Of a stretch of DNA of 64,000 nt, positions 28,912 to 39,075 are shown piece by piece. The notes below the pieces were generated by a model that saw nothing but the letters and a program-made list of their open reading frames with translations, was not told the origin of the DNA and searched no databases. Each line of letters begins with the position of its first letter. Within the stretch, counting starts at the first letter, position 1. A program made the translations under genes and the position numbers. The stretch is from NCBI GenBank assembly GCA_965217865.1, contig CBDCJO010000002.1, positions 3,776,001-3,840,000 of the forward strand, written 5' to 3'. This DNA is from Candidatus Latescibacterota bacterium (GTDB lineage: Bacteria; Latescibacterota; UBA2968; SICM01).

Positions 28912-30277
28912 ATTTTTCCAACCGTCGGTACAACGAAGTTCTTGATAAACCCAATTCTCTGGCCACTCGGGTCATGTTTCCATCGTGTTTTCGGATTGCC
29001 TTACGAATCACGGCTTTTTCTACACTCCCCAGGTTATAATCATCCAGCGTCAATGCATCCTTCTCTGTTTCTGGAGCGGAAAGGAAAAAGTCAGAAGCCT
29101 GAAGAACGTGAGTATCCGCCATGATCACGGCCCGTTCAACGGCGTGCTGGAGCTCCCTGACATTTCCAGGCCACCGATATTCCTCAAGCTTTTTTAAAGC
29201 GGCAGGATGCACGCGCTTGATATCTTTCTGGTATTTCCTGCTATAGATGTCTACAAAATGGTCGGTCAGAAGTGCAACATCACCTTCACGCTCTCGCAAA
29301 GGCGGCACGTTTATCTCAACCGTGTTGATTCGGTAAATCAGGTCCTGGCGGAATTCATTTTTTGCGACCTTGTCGTAAATTGATGAATTGGTCGAGGCTA
29401 TGAGACGCACTTCAACGCGCTTTGCAACATTGGACCCAAGTCGCGTAACCTGACGGCTCTCCAATACGGTCAACAGCTTTGCCTGGAGTGCGGTGGATAG
29501 GTTTCCGATTTCATCCAAAAATAGGGTGCCTCCGGAAGCCACTTCAATCCTCCCTGCGCGATCCTCCTTAGCGTCCGTGAAGGCGCCTTTCACGTGACCG
29601 AAAAGTTCGCTCTCGAAAAGGGTTTCGCTCAGCGCGCCCATATCTACGCTGATAAACACATCATTGGCTCGTTGGGACTGTCTATGAAGTGCCCTCGCAA
29701 CCAACTCCTTCCCCGTTCCGTTCTCACCCAGAATCAAGATGTTGGCCTCGGTTTCTGCAACTTTTTGGATCGTGCTAAAGACCTCCATCATCCCCGGTGA
29801 ATCCCCAATCAGGTCGTGAAACTGCCGATCAAGGTCGGCGCTTAACTGTTTTTGGCGAGAGCGGAGATTGTCCACCTCTTTACGCGATTGCCTCAGGTTC
29901 AGCGCTGCAGATATCGTGGCCACAAGTTTTTCATTCTGCCAGGGCTTCAACACAAAGTCCGTCGCCCCTTCTTTGATAGCCCGGACCGCCATTTCCACGT
30001 CTCCGTAGGCCGTGATCAGTATGACGACTGATTCAGGATCGATTTCCAGGATTCGGTTTAACCAATGAAATCCTTCCTGGCCGCTGGTGGCGTCCTTGGT
30101 GAAGTTCATGTCCAGCAGAATGACGTCGTATCTCTCGTTTTTAATCATAGATAGGACATTTTCCGGGTTTCCCTCCGTATGGACCAGGTCGACATACTGC
30201 CTGAGCAAAAGCCTGGCGGCCAAGAGGATGTCCTGATTGTCGTCAACGACGAGTATACTTCCCGGAATTTTATCCAT
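28901..30277 (-). CDS. Sigma-54-dependent response regulator (NtrC family)
   Basis: Receiver domain (VVDD, LLDMNF, KPW), GENGTGKE, GAFTDA, WPGNVREL, Fis-type HTH. Confidence 0.95.
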   Translation of the reverse strand: MDKIPGSILVVDDNQDILLAARLLLRQYVDLVHTEGNPENVLSMIKNERYDVILLDMNFTKDATSGQEGFHWLNRILEIDPESVVILITAYGDVEMAVRAIKEGATDFVLKPWQNEKLVATISAALNLRQSRKEVDNLRSRQKQLSADLDRQFHDLIGDSPGMMEVFSTIQKVAETEANILILGENGTGKELVARALHRQSQRANDVFISVDMGALSETLFESELFGHVKGAFTDAKEDRAGRIEVASGGTLFLDEIGNLSTALQAKLLTVLESRQVTRLGSNVAKRVEVRLIASTNSSIYDKVAKNEFRQDLIYRINTVEINVPPLREREGDVALLTDHFVDIYSRKYQKDIKRVHPAALKKLEEYRWPGNVRELQHAVERAVIMADTHVLQASDFFLSAPETEKDALTLDDYNLGSVEKAVIRKAIRKHDGNMTRVARELGLSRTSLYRRLEKYGL

Positions 30278-30370
30278 GCCAATAAGATTCCTGAGATTAA
30301 ATTAGTCCTATGAACACACCGCAATCATAACTTGGATATAGTGCTTAGTCAAGGGGAAACCGCAAAAGCC

Positions 30371-30477
30371 TGTCCGCTGGCGGACACCTACTGTTACGAA
30401 AGCGAACACTTTTTTTAGACTGACAGGCCTATTTTTTTCGTAAGTCATTAAAAAACAATATGGGTATATTTCTTGCG
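30371..30477 (+). promoter_or_regulatory. Putative enhancer sites plus sigma-54 promoter for the divergent ABC cluster
   Basis: Palindrome TGTCCG-CTGG-CGGACA (30371-30386), second site TGTTACG-AAAG-CGAACA (30392-30408), an AT-rich tract, then GG-N10-GC (GGTATATTTCTTGC, 30463-30476). Confidence 0.55.
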
Positions 30478-30694
30478 GTAGAAATTCATTGGACGCGTAT
30501 GCACAATTAACATTTGACCAATCTCTTAAAAACCGAAAGTTCTCGTTAAGGAGAGGCATCGTGTTAAGAAACTACCTGACTGATGCATCTTGAAATCTGG
30601 CTCACTCCGATGTTCGAGGAAGATATTCGTGACCTGTTGTCTCGATCAGTTGTAGGCGGGATAATCTAAACACCAAAGGAAGGGGGATGGTCCT

Positions 30695-31837
30695 ATGTAT
30701 ATGTGTGGTGAAATTCTACGGGCGTTTTGGTATTATCACTGTTTGATCGGCCCTCCCTACGAGTGGCGCACCACGGGTGGAGAATCGGTTCGTGGCCGGA
30801 CTCCAGCGGCCTGGTCCGCGATGATCTGTTTGGTTTTCTTCCTTTCTCTGCCGATCGTGGCAAGAGGGGAGGACGGGGCTCCTACGGAGCCACTCAAGCG
30901 TTCTGAAAATAAAGCTCCTGGTGAAAGTGTCAGTTCTTGGGAGGACGTCAAGGGTGATGGAACCTATGCAATGGGATATCGAGATGGTCGTTACGAATTT
31001 AATTTTAAAACCAAGGGCGAAATTTCCTTTACGGTAAACGGCCAGGATGTCAAACGCATAGCCCGCGATGCTTTTCTTGTGGTGGAAGAAGAGGACGGTA
31101 ATATTAACGAGCTTAGGCAGTTGGAAATTAGAGCTGGGTCCGATGGATTACCCGAATACAAATGGTCAATTAACCGAGAGCGGCTCCCTTTCGACGCCGA
31201 AGCCCGCGCTTGGTTCCGAAGAATGCTCCCTCGAGTGATTCGGGATGCTCCGGTTAATGTGAGAAATCGAATTGGCCAATCTTTGAGCCAAAAGGGGGTC
31301 GGAAGTGTGCTTAGAGAGATCGGTCGTATACGGACTGATTACGTTAAGAGTATACATTTCCGGACTTTGCTCGACCAAAAAGGCCTTGACATAAAAGACC
31401 GCCGGAGGGTCATTCTGGCGGCGGGCGAGACGATCGGTTCGTCCCAGGAACTAGCCGTGTTCCTTGATGGGTCATCGCATACCTTGCTTGAAGATAGCCG
31501 GTTGCTCCCGGCCTTCATATCAGCGATTAAGGAGATTGATTCCGACATGAACCGCCGATGGCTTCTTTCGAAATGGGTCAAACATGGAGGTCTGAACATC
31601 GAAGCAAGGGAAACGCTGCTTGAGGCAGCCAGTGCTTTCCGTTCAGATTCAGAACTACGTCATTTTTTAGTTCAGTTTATCGAAACGTATCCCAAAGGTG
31701 AGTCGCTCTCATCAAATTTTGTAAACGCTATATTGCACCTGCGTTCGAAGTTCGAGAAGGGTCGTGTACTCTCGGCGATGAAACGGCACTTCCCCGATAC
31801 CGAGTTCCGAAAGATCCGGGAGTTGGTGACGCAGTAA
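30695..31837 (+). CDS. Hypothetical exported protein with helical SD..R..L repeats (true start probably downstream)
   Basis: Hydrophobic segment followed by a beta region and repeated I.SD...R.LL helices. Confidence 0.6.
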   Translation: MYMCGEILRAFWYYHCLIGPPYEWRTTGGESVRGRTPAAWSAMICLVFFLSLPIVARGEDGAPTEPLKRSENKAPGESVSSWEDVKGDGTYAMGYRDGRYEFNFKTKGEISFTVNGQDVKRIARDAFLVVEEEDGNINELRQLEIRAGSDGLPEYKWSINRERLPFDAEARAWFRRMLPRVIRDAPVNVRNRIGQSLSQKGVGSVLREIGRIRTDYVKSIHFRTLLDQKGLDIKDRRRVILAAGETIGSSQELAVFLDGSSHTLLEDSRLLPAFISAIKEIDSDMNRRWLLSKWVKHGGLNIEARETLLEAASAFRSDSELRHFLVQFIETYPKGESLSSNFVNAILHLRSKFEKGRVLSAMKRHFPDTEFRKIRELVTQ

Positions 31838-31910
31838 ACGATTTTTAGCTCGCAGAGGTCAGCAGCGCAAGTATCGAACCGGTGGAACTGTTATAGAATT
31901 AAGCTAACTA

Positions 31911-32032
31911 GGAGCCTGTCGGGGAACCCCAATTTCACTGACTCGCCATACTATATCTTGTGCCATTTAATTTCGGCAAGTACGACATGTTGTATGGACA
32001 AGTGCCCAAACGGAGGTATTCCGACAGGCTCC
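31911..32032. mobile_element. MITE with IS5-like ends (about 122 bp)
   Basis: Perfect inverted ends CTAGGAGCCTGTCGG ... CCGACAGGCTCCTAG, non-coding interior. Confidence 0.8.
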
Positions 32033-32059
32033 TAGGACGAAGTCATGCCTGAGAAACTA

Positions 32060-32125
32060 ACGGTTAGCACCCAGACGCTCAAGTCCGTAACTGCGAATCC
32101 GGTTGATGCACTGAGGTATGAGTAA
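32060..32125 (+). pseudogene. C-terminal remnant of a deleted ABC permease
   Basis: Encodes TVSTQTLKSVTANPVDALRYE*, the conserved permease terminus. Confidence 0.75.
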
Positions 32126-32178
32126 CAGAGTCCCCAGGTTTTATTCGAGATCACATCAGGTAACACGAAAAGGTTACT

Positions 32179-34578
32179 ATGATAAAAAACTACCTGACCG
32201 TTGCGATCCGGAATCTTATCAGGCACAAGGTGCATTCCCTTATCAACATCTCTGGACTTGCGGTTGGGATTGCGAGTTGTCTGATCATTGCTTCCTATGT
32301 TTACAGTGAGCTCAGCTACGATCGGTACCATGAAAATGCCGATCGCATATACCGAGTTGCCCGTGACTGGTGTGGCCCCAGCGGTACGGTTCAGACCATG
32401 ATTACTTCGCCGCACGAGGGTCTTGCATTACGCAGTGATTTTCCTGAAGCGGTCAAGAGCGTTGTTAGATTCAGACCCCCGCATAACAAAGTCGCTGTTT
32501 CATACAACGAACGTCAATTCCACGAAAAGCGATTTTTTTACTCAGACCCAGCCGTCTTCCAAATTTTTTCCTTCCCGCTCATAAAAGGGAACCCGGAAAA
32601 AGCCCTGATTGAACCCAATACGATTATCCTCACTGAAAAAATGGCGAAAAAATACTTCGGCCACATTGATCCAATGGGTGAAATTATCTCCGTGGACAAT
32701 GATAGAACGTTTACCGTCACGGGTATAATTCAAGACATCCCACAAAATTCTCATTTCCATCCAGATTTTCTAGCGTCTTTTTCCACTCTTGATGCGACAA
32801 ATTCCCTTGGTGATTGGGGGAGCGGCAGCTTTGTCACATACATATTATTGGCCGAAGGTTATGACCCGGTAGTATTGGAAAAACAATTCACTGCAATGGC
32901 ACAAAGGCATCTGAGTGAAACGGAAAGAAAGTTCTTCAAGGTAAACCTCCATCTTCAACCCTTGACTGATATTCATCTTCATTCACACTTATTGGGGGAG
33001 ATCGAACCGCAAGGTGATATGCGGCTCATTTATATTTTGTCAGGGGTTTCCCTTTTTGTGCTGATTATTGCGTGTATCAACTTTATCAATCTGTCCACAG
33101 CCAGGTCCATTTACCGCGAGAAGGAAATTGGTCTGAGAAAAGTGGTGGGAGCACGTCGAACCCAGTTGATAAAACAATTTCTTGGCGAATCCGTGCTATT
33201 GACCGTAGTCTCACTCCTTGTCGGTATTATGCTGGCCGAGCTATTGCTACCCTGGATTTTTAAGTTTGGAGACGATGAAATTGGCTTAAACTATTTTACT
33301 AACCCGGAACTCACTTTATTAGGCATTGTAGGGATGATCCTGTTTATTGGGATTATTTCCGGAAGCTATCCGGCTGTCTTTCTTTCTTCTTTCCAGCCAT
33401 CAAAAGCCCTAAGAGGAATCCACAAAAAAGGATCGAAACATGCTTCAGTTAGAGGCGCACTCGTCGTTTTTCAATTCGCCATTTCAATCATTCTCGTTGT
33501 CGGTACTGGGATCATATATCTGCAAGTGGATCACATGAAAACAAAAGAGTTAGGCTTTAAGGGGGACCAGGTCGTGGCTCTCCCTGTAAACCTGAATTTG
33601 TCACAGAAGTATGAGGCGATTAGAAATGAGCTTCTACGAAATCCCAATGTGATAAATGTTGGGGGATCAGTAGGTCTTCCAGGAGCATTCATTTCAAGAA
33701 ATGGCGTTAACCTTCCGGAAACAATGAAGAAGGACTGGACGGTGTCTATGATTCAGACAGACCATTCGTTTGTTAAAACTCTGGGCATGGAAATTATAGA
33801 CGGTCGTGATTTCTCAAAAACGTTTCCAGCGGATGAAAAGGAATCTTTCATAATTAACGAAACGGCCGCAAAAATGTTTGGATGGGACAAGCCCGTCGGA
33901 AAGCGAGTCAACTGGTATAGCGTTGACAGATCGAGATACCCGGATGGAAAAAATGGAACGGTGGTCGGATTGGTCAAAGACTTTCATTTCAGATCATTAC
34001 ACGAACCGATTGAACCATTGATCCTGACTTTAAATCCATTCTACAGCCATATTCTCGTCAAGATAGAGCCGGTGAATATTCCAGAGATGGTGAAATTTAT
34101 AGAACGAACGATTGAGAAGTTTGAGCCTAATCACCCGTTTGAATTCTTCTTCCTGGATGACAGCTTTGACAACCTGTATAGGGCAGAAGAAAGAGCTGGA
34201 GAGATTCTCTTGTCTTTTGCCGTATTGGCGATAATCGTGGCATCTCTGGGTCTATTCGGGATGGCCTCTTTGACTGCTGTCCAACGAACCAAGGAAGTCG
34301 GAATCCGAAAAGTCCTCGGAGCCTCTGTATCAAACATCGTTGTCCTGATGTCGAAGGACATGGTAAAGTGGGTCCTTGGTGCCTGTCTCATCGCATGGCC
34401 GATTGCTTATTACGCTATGAATCGATGGCTCGAAAACTATCCCTATCGCATCGATATCGGTATGGGGATCTTTTTCCTTGCCGGCCTTATTGCCATAATA
34501 ACAGCCTTTCTAACGATAAGCTCCCAGACGATCAGGGTCGCAACTGCGAATCCAGTTGAAGCGCTGCGGTATGAGTAA
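32179..34578 (+). CDS. MacB/FtsX-like ABC transporter permease
   Basis: KNYLTVAIRNL, IACINFINLSTAR, R.KEIG.RKV.GA twice, NPVEALRYE. Confidence 0.93.
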   Translation: MIKNYLTVAIRNLIRHKVHSLINISGLAVGIASCLIIASYVYSELSYDRYHENADRIYRVARDWCGPSGTVQTMITSPHEGLALRSDFPEAVKSVVRFRPPHNKVAVSYNERQFHEKRFFYSDPAVFQIFSFPLIKGNPEKALIEPNTIILTEKMAKKYFGHIDPMGEIISVDNDRTFTVTGIIQDIPQNSHFHPDFLASFSTLDATNSLGDWGSGSFVTYILLAEGYDPVVLEKQFTAMAQRHLSETERKFFKVNLHLQPLTDIHLHSHLLGEIEPQGDMRLIYILSGVSLFVLIIACINFINLSTARSIYREKEIGLRKVVGARRTQLIKQFLGESVLLTVVSLLVGIMLAELLLPWIFKFGDDEIGLNYFTNPELTLLGIVGMILFIGIISGSYPAVFLSSFQPSKALRGIHKKGSKHASVRGALVVFQFAISIILVVGTGIIYLQVDHMKTKELGFKGDQVVALPVNLNLSQKYEAIRNELLRNPNVINVGGSVGLPGAFISRNGVNLPETMKKDWTVSMIQTDHSFVKTLGMEIIDGRDFSKTFPADEKESFIINETAAKMFGWDKPVGKRVNWYSVDRSRYPDGKNGTVVGLVKDFHFRSLHEPIEPLILTLNPFYSHILVKIEPVNIPEMVKFIERTIEKFEPNHPFEFFFLDDSFDNLYRAEERAGEILLSFAVLAIIVASLGLFGMASLTAVQRTKEVGIRKVLGASVSNIVVLMSKDMVKWVLGACLIAWPIAYYAMNRWLENYPYRIDIGMGIFFLAGLIAIITAFLTISSQTIRVATANPVEALRYE

Positions 34579-34625
34579 ATAAGGTCCCAGGGTTTCTTCG
34601 AATTTACATCAGGTAACACGAGAAG

Positions 34626-37037
34626 GTGACTATGATAAAGTACTACCTGACCGTTGCGATCCGTAATCTATTCAGGCACAAGATCTATTCGGCTATTAAC
34701 ACGTGCGGCCTTGGGATTGGGATTGCATTCTGTATCTTGACCTATCTGTATGTGCGTCATGAATTGAGTTATGATACATTCCATCGTGACAGCGACCGCA
34801 TTTACAGGATGGTTACCGTCAGAAAAAATACAAGCGGAGAAAAGGAGAGTACGGCCTTGCAACCCGCTCCCTTAGGGCCGACAATGGTAGATGAGTTTGC
34901 CGAGGTAAAGCGAAGCGCAAGGTTCGTTTCGTGGCCAGCTACCTTCAAAAGTGAGGGGCAGCCATTCAAAGAATGGGTTCTTTTTTCAGATCCATCAATT
35001 TTTGAAATGTTCTCCTTTTCCTTACTAAAAGGAAATCCCAACACAGCACTTAGATCGCCTGACTCGGTTGTGATGACGGAAGATATTGCAAGGAAATATT
35101 TCGGCGATGAAAATCCAATGGGACAGCGAATCGCTATAAAGGTTGGTAGTAATACTCGAGATTTCATTGTAACGGGAATCGCCCGAAAGTCTCCTGATAA
35201 TTCAACGATCAAATTCAGTATACTGCTTCCCTATGAGATTTCCTTATCCACTATAGGAGGATCCGGCAACTGGGGGGGTGGGAGCACGGTTACTTATGTA
35301 GAGTTATCTGACAACATTCACCTCACGAAAGTTGAATCAAAACTGCAGGACTTTGTCGGAAAACACTTCGGTCCAACAATTGACTGGGGCCAAAAGGCGG
35401 GATATCTAAGCACGGATTCAGATGCATGGAGGATGCTGTTACAGCCACTCAGTGATGTCCATCTTGGTATGCGGGTGGTCACATTTGAAACGATTGGCAA
35501 CCCTGTATATCTCTATGTGTTATCCGGGACCGCCGCCTTGGTATTGGTGATCGCTTGCATCAACTTCATGAATCTTTCCATCGGACTTTCCTCGAAGCGA
35601 ACGAGAGAGATCGGGACACGTAAGGTGGTGGGAGCGACACGATCGCAGATTGCGAAACAGTTCTTAATCCAGTCCTTCATTCTAACGTTAATGGCCCTGT
35701 TTCTGGGAATTGGTTTGGCGGACCTTTTTCTTCCGACATTCAATGATCTGACGGGGAAGGATTTGACCACAACCGTGTTGATACAAGGACCCTCCATGGT
35801 GTTTCTCCTCGGCCTGGTGGTCCTCGTGGGTATGGTCTCAGGAAGCTATCCGGCCATGGCCCTGTCCAGGTTTCATCCCGTTGAAGTGTTGAAAGGAAGG
35901 CTGAGAATAGGGTCTTCGAGTAAATTCAGCCGGGGTCTTGTCGTCGTCCAATTTACGTTCTCCATATTTTTGTTGATCGCCGCAGGAATCATGGCCAAGC
36001 AGGTAGACTTTCTCCAGTCAAAAGATCTTGGCTTTAACGGCGAGCAAGTTGTTGTGATCCCCGCATTCTCTGTGAAAGGCAGACAAATTATTGAGTTGTA
36101 TCGTAGAGAACTCTTTCAATACGATAATTTTATAAATATGGCTGGATCGTCCTGGAATTGTACGGGTAGTGGTGCTCACGGAAAGAAATTTATCCAACAT
36201 GGAGATACGAAGATCGAAGCATTCAATTTCGGTATAGACTACACATACCTTGAGACGTTAGGCATTCGGTTGGCCGAGGGAAGGAATTTTTCTCGAAATC
36301 ATCTCTCCGATGCAAAAGAGTCGGTAATCGTCAATGAAACTCTGGTCAAACATTTTGGTTGGGATTCTGCTGTCGGCAAAAAAATAAAGTTCGGGGAAGA
36401 AAACATCGACAATCCCACAGTGATTGGTGTTGTTAAGGATTTTCATTATAAGCGCCTGCATAACAAGGTTGAACCTCTAGTTTTGTACATGGGCGAGGGT
36501 ATATACTACCTATCGGTGAGAATAAGCCCTAAGGACATACCTGGGGCGCTGAACCTTCTCGAAAGGAAATGGCTGGAAGTGGCTCCGGACAGCCCGTTTG
36601 AGTATTCGTTTCTTGGGGAGGAAATGGCTCGGCTGTACGAAAGTGAAGAACGAAGCCGCAAGATATTTGGATATGCATCCTGGTTTGCTGTCTTCATCGC
36701 CTCACTGGGCGCATTTGGGCTTATGGCCCTGGCGGCAGCCAGACGAACAAAGGAGGTAGGTATTCGTAAGGTCCTCGGCGCCTCCATTTCAAGTCTTGTC
36801 TTTTTAATTACAGGCAATTTTCTAAAACTGGTGCTTGTGGCCAATCTAATAGCGTGGCCCATAGCTTACTTTTCCGTAAGGCACTGGCTTAAGAATTTCG
36901 CATACAGGATCGATATTCCCATCGAGGTTTTCGCACTTGGGGGATCTCTGGTTTTCTTCATCGCGGTGGTTACAGTTAGCACTCATGCACTCAGGACTGC
37001 AATGACGAATCCGGTAAATGCTCTCAGGTATGAATGA
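34626..37037 (+). CDS. MacB/FtsX-like ABC transporter permease
   Basis: Same family motifs, 803 aa. Confidence 0.93.
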   Translation: MTMIKYYLTVAIRNLFRHKIYSAINTCGLGIGIAFCILTYLYVRHELSYDTFHRDSDRIYRMVTVRKNTSGEKESTALQPAPLGPTMVDEFAEVKRSARFVSWPATFKSEGQPFKEWVLFSDPSIFEMFSFSLLKGNPNTALRSPDSVVMTEDIARKYFGDENPMGQRIAIKVGSNTRDFIVTGIARKSPDNSTIKFSILLPYEISLSTIGGSGNWGGGSTVTYVELSDNIHLTKVESKLQDFVGKHFGPTIDWGQKAGYLSTDSDAWRMLLQPLSDVHLGMRVVTFETIGNPVYLYVLSGTAALVLVIACINFMNLSIGLSSKRTREIGTRKVVGATRSQIAKQFLIQSFILTLMALFLGIGLADLFLPTFNDLTGKDLTTTVLIQGPSMVFLLGLVVLVGMVSGSYPAMALSRFHPVEVLKGRLRIGSSSKFSRGLVVVQFTFSIFLLIAAGIMAKQVDFLQSKDLGFNGEQVVVIPAFSVKGRQIIELYRRELFQYDNFINMAGSSWNCTGSGAHGKKFIQHGDTKIEAFNFGIDYTYLETLGIRLAEGRNFSRNHLSDAKESVIVNETLVKHFGWDSAVGKKIKFGEENIDNPTVIGVVKDFHYKRLHNKVEPLVLYMGEGIYYLSVRISPKDIPGALNLLERKWLEVAPDSPFEYSFLGEEMARLYESEERSRKIFGYASWFAVFIASLGAFGLMALAAARRTKEVGIRKVLGASISSLVFLITGNFLKLVLVANLIAWPIAYFSVRHWLKNFAYRIDIPIEVFALGGSLVFFIAVVTVSTHALRTAMTNPVNALRYE

Positions 37038-37106
37038 AATGAGTCCAACCGCGGAATCTGAGATCACATTAAGTGGGATGATATTTCCCTCCAGGAAACG
37101 AGAACA

Positions 37107-38357
37107 ATGGATCGTAAACTAAAAAAGAAGAGATGGCCCCCAAAGAGGATTGCGAAGTTTTCGATTGTGGGGATATTCGGGTTTACCGTGGCGTATAGCT
37201 TTCTTTTTGGGGACAGCCATTCGAAATTGAACGTTAATATCGAAAGAATATCCATTTCCACGGTGTGGAAGGGGTCATTTCAAGAGTTCATACCTGTACA
37301 GGGAACGGTCCTCCCGCTTAAAACCATCTATCTGGATGCCGTTGATGGCGGAAGGGTGGAAAAGGTATTCGTCGAAGCGGGGACTTTGGTTAACGAAGGA
37401 GATGCTATCTTGAAGATGACCAATACAACCCTCCAACTGGAAGTGATGAACCGGGAGGCACAGTTATTCGAACAAATGAATAATTTGAGAAACACGCGCC
37501 TGGCCATGGAGCAGAATCGCCTCAAGCTTCTAGCCGATCTCACTGAGTTGGACTACAAAATTCAGCGCCAAAAACGTGAATACGATAGAAACAAAGAACT
37601 GGCTGAAAAGGAAGTAATCTCAAAACAGGAATATGATGAAGTAAAGGACGAGTATGAATATTTCTTGAACCTCAGGGAGTTAACCCTCGAAACTCAGAAA
37701 CAGGATTCAATTCTCCGGAAGATCCAGCTTGAACAGCTTGCTGCCGCAGTGAAGCGGATGGAGGCCCACCTGGAGATAGTTAAGGAAAACGTAGATAATC
37801 TTGTCATTAAAGCCCCCATATCGGGTCAGCTAACCTCACTGAACGCGGAGATCGGCCAATCGAAGTCTCCCAGAGAGCGCCTGGGACATATCGATGTCCT
37901 GCAGGGATTCAAAGTCGGTGTGGCGATTGATGAATACTACATCACTCGAATCGACGTCGGGCAGATCGGAGAATTTAACTTCTCAGGAAAAACGTACAGG
38001 CTTTCTGTAAAAAAGATCTATCCAGAGGTGCGAGATGGAAGGTTCGACGTGGACATGGCCTTTGATGGTGCGGAACCGGAAGGAATCAGACGCGGACAAA
38101 CATTCCAGATCAGGCTCGAGTTAGGTGACCTTTCGGAAGCGATTCTATTGGCCAGAGGCGGTTTCTACCAGGAGACCGGTGGCCGCTGGGCTTATGTTCT
38201 GGATGAAACAGGGACATCTGCTTTAAAAAGACAGATTAGACTGGGCAGACAGAACCCCCACGTTTTCGAGGTGCTCGAAGGGTTGGAGCCGGGGGAGATG
38301 GTGATTACGTCGAACTATGAAGGATTCGGGGATATGGATGAACTGATTCTGAAGTAG
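37107..38357 (+). CDS. Efflux periplasmic adaptor (HlyD/MacA-like)
   Basis: N-terminal TM, biotinyl-like GGRVEKVFVEAG, coiled coil, IKAPISGQL, GLEPGEMVITS. Confidence 0.9.
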   Translation: MDRKLKKKRWPPKRIAKFSIVGIFGFTVAYSFLFGDSHSKLNVNIERISISTVWKGSFQEFIPVQGTVLPLKTIYLDAVDGGRVEKVFVEAGTLVNEGDAILKMTNTTLQLEVMNREAQLFEQMNNLRNTRLAMEQNRLKLLADLTELDYKIQRQKREYDRNKELAEKEVISKQEYDEVKDEYEYFLNLRELTLETQKQDSILRKIQLEQLAAAVKRMEAHLEIVKENVDNLVIKAPISGQLTSLNAEIGQSKSPRERLGHIDVLQGFKVGVAIDEYYITRIDVGQIGEFNFSGKTYRLSVKKIYPEVRDGRFDVDMAFDGAEPEGIRRGQTFQIRLELGDLSEAILLARGGFYQETGGRWAYVLDETGTSALKRQIRLGRQNPHVFEVLEGLEPGEMVITSNYEGFGDMDELILK

Positions 38358-38385
38358 AAAGTCTAACAGTAGAAAGGGAAATGGA

Positions 38386-39075
38386 ATGATTAAAACGGCC
38401 AATTTGAAGAAGATATACACGACTGAAGAGGTGGAGACCACGGCGTTGAACAATGTTAATTTTCAAGTCAATCAGGGGGAATACGTCGCGATCATGGGTC
38501 CCTCCGGGTGCGGGAAATCAACACTGCTGAACCTTCTGGGCATGCTCGATAATCCCACAGACGGGGAGTATTTCTTTTTTGGTGAGGAGGTGTCGAAATA
38601 CTCCGAGAGGCAGCGGGCAAACCTGCGAAAGGGAAGCATCGGCTTTGTATTCCAGAGCTTCAACCTGATCGACGAGCTGACTGTGTATGAAAATGTGGAG
38701 CTGCCCCTTCTTTATATCGGCCTTCGTGGAAAAGAACGCAAGAATCGAGTAGAAGAGATCCTTGGGCAGATGCAGATTACGCCCAGGAGGAACCATTTCC
38801 CTCAGCAACTCTCTGGGGGCCAGCAACAGCGCGTGGCCGTCGCGAGGGCGGTTGTCGGGAATCCTAAGCTGATACTTGCTGACGAGCCTACCGGCAACCT
38901 GGATTCCACCCACGGGGATGAGGTCATGAGGTTGTTGAACGGCCTGAATGAAGCAGGCACCACGATTGTCATGGTAACCCACTCGCCAACTTATGCGGAT
39001 TACTCCCATCGCATCGTCCATCTGTTCGATGGGCATATAGTAACGGAGAATATAAAGGAGCGGGCCGGTGTTTAA
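38386..39075 (+). CDS. ABC transporter ATP-binding protein (LolD/MacB-like)
   Basis: [27 protein letters not shown]. Confidence 0.95.
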   Translation: MIKTANLKKIYTTEEVETTALNNVNFQVNQGEYVAIMGPSGCGKSTLLNLLGMLDNPTDGEYFFFGEEVSKYSERQRANLRKGSIGFVFQSFNLIDELTVYENVELPLLYIGLRGKERKNRVEEILGQMQITPRRNHFPQQLSGGQQQRVAVARAVVGNPKLILADEPTGNLDSTHGDEVMRLLNGLNEAGTTIVMVTHSPTYADYSHRIVHLFDGHIVTENIKERAGV

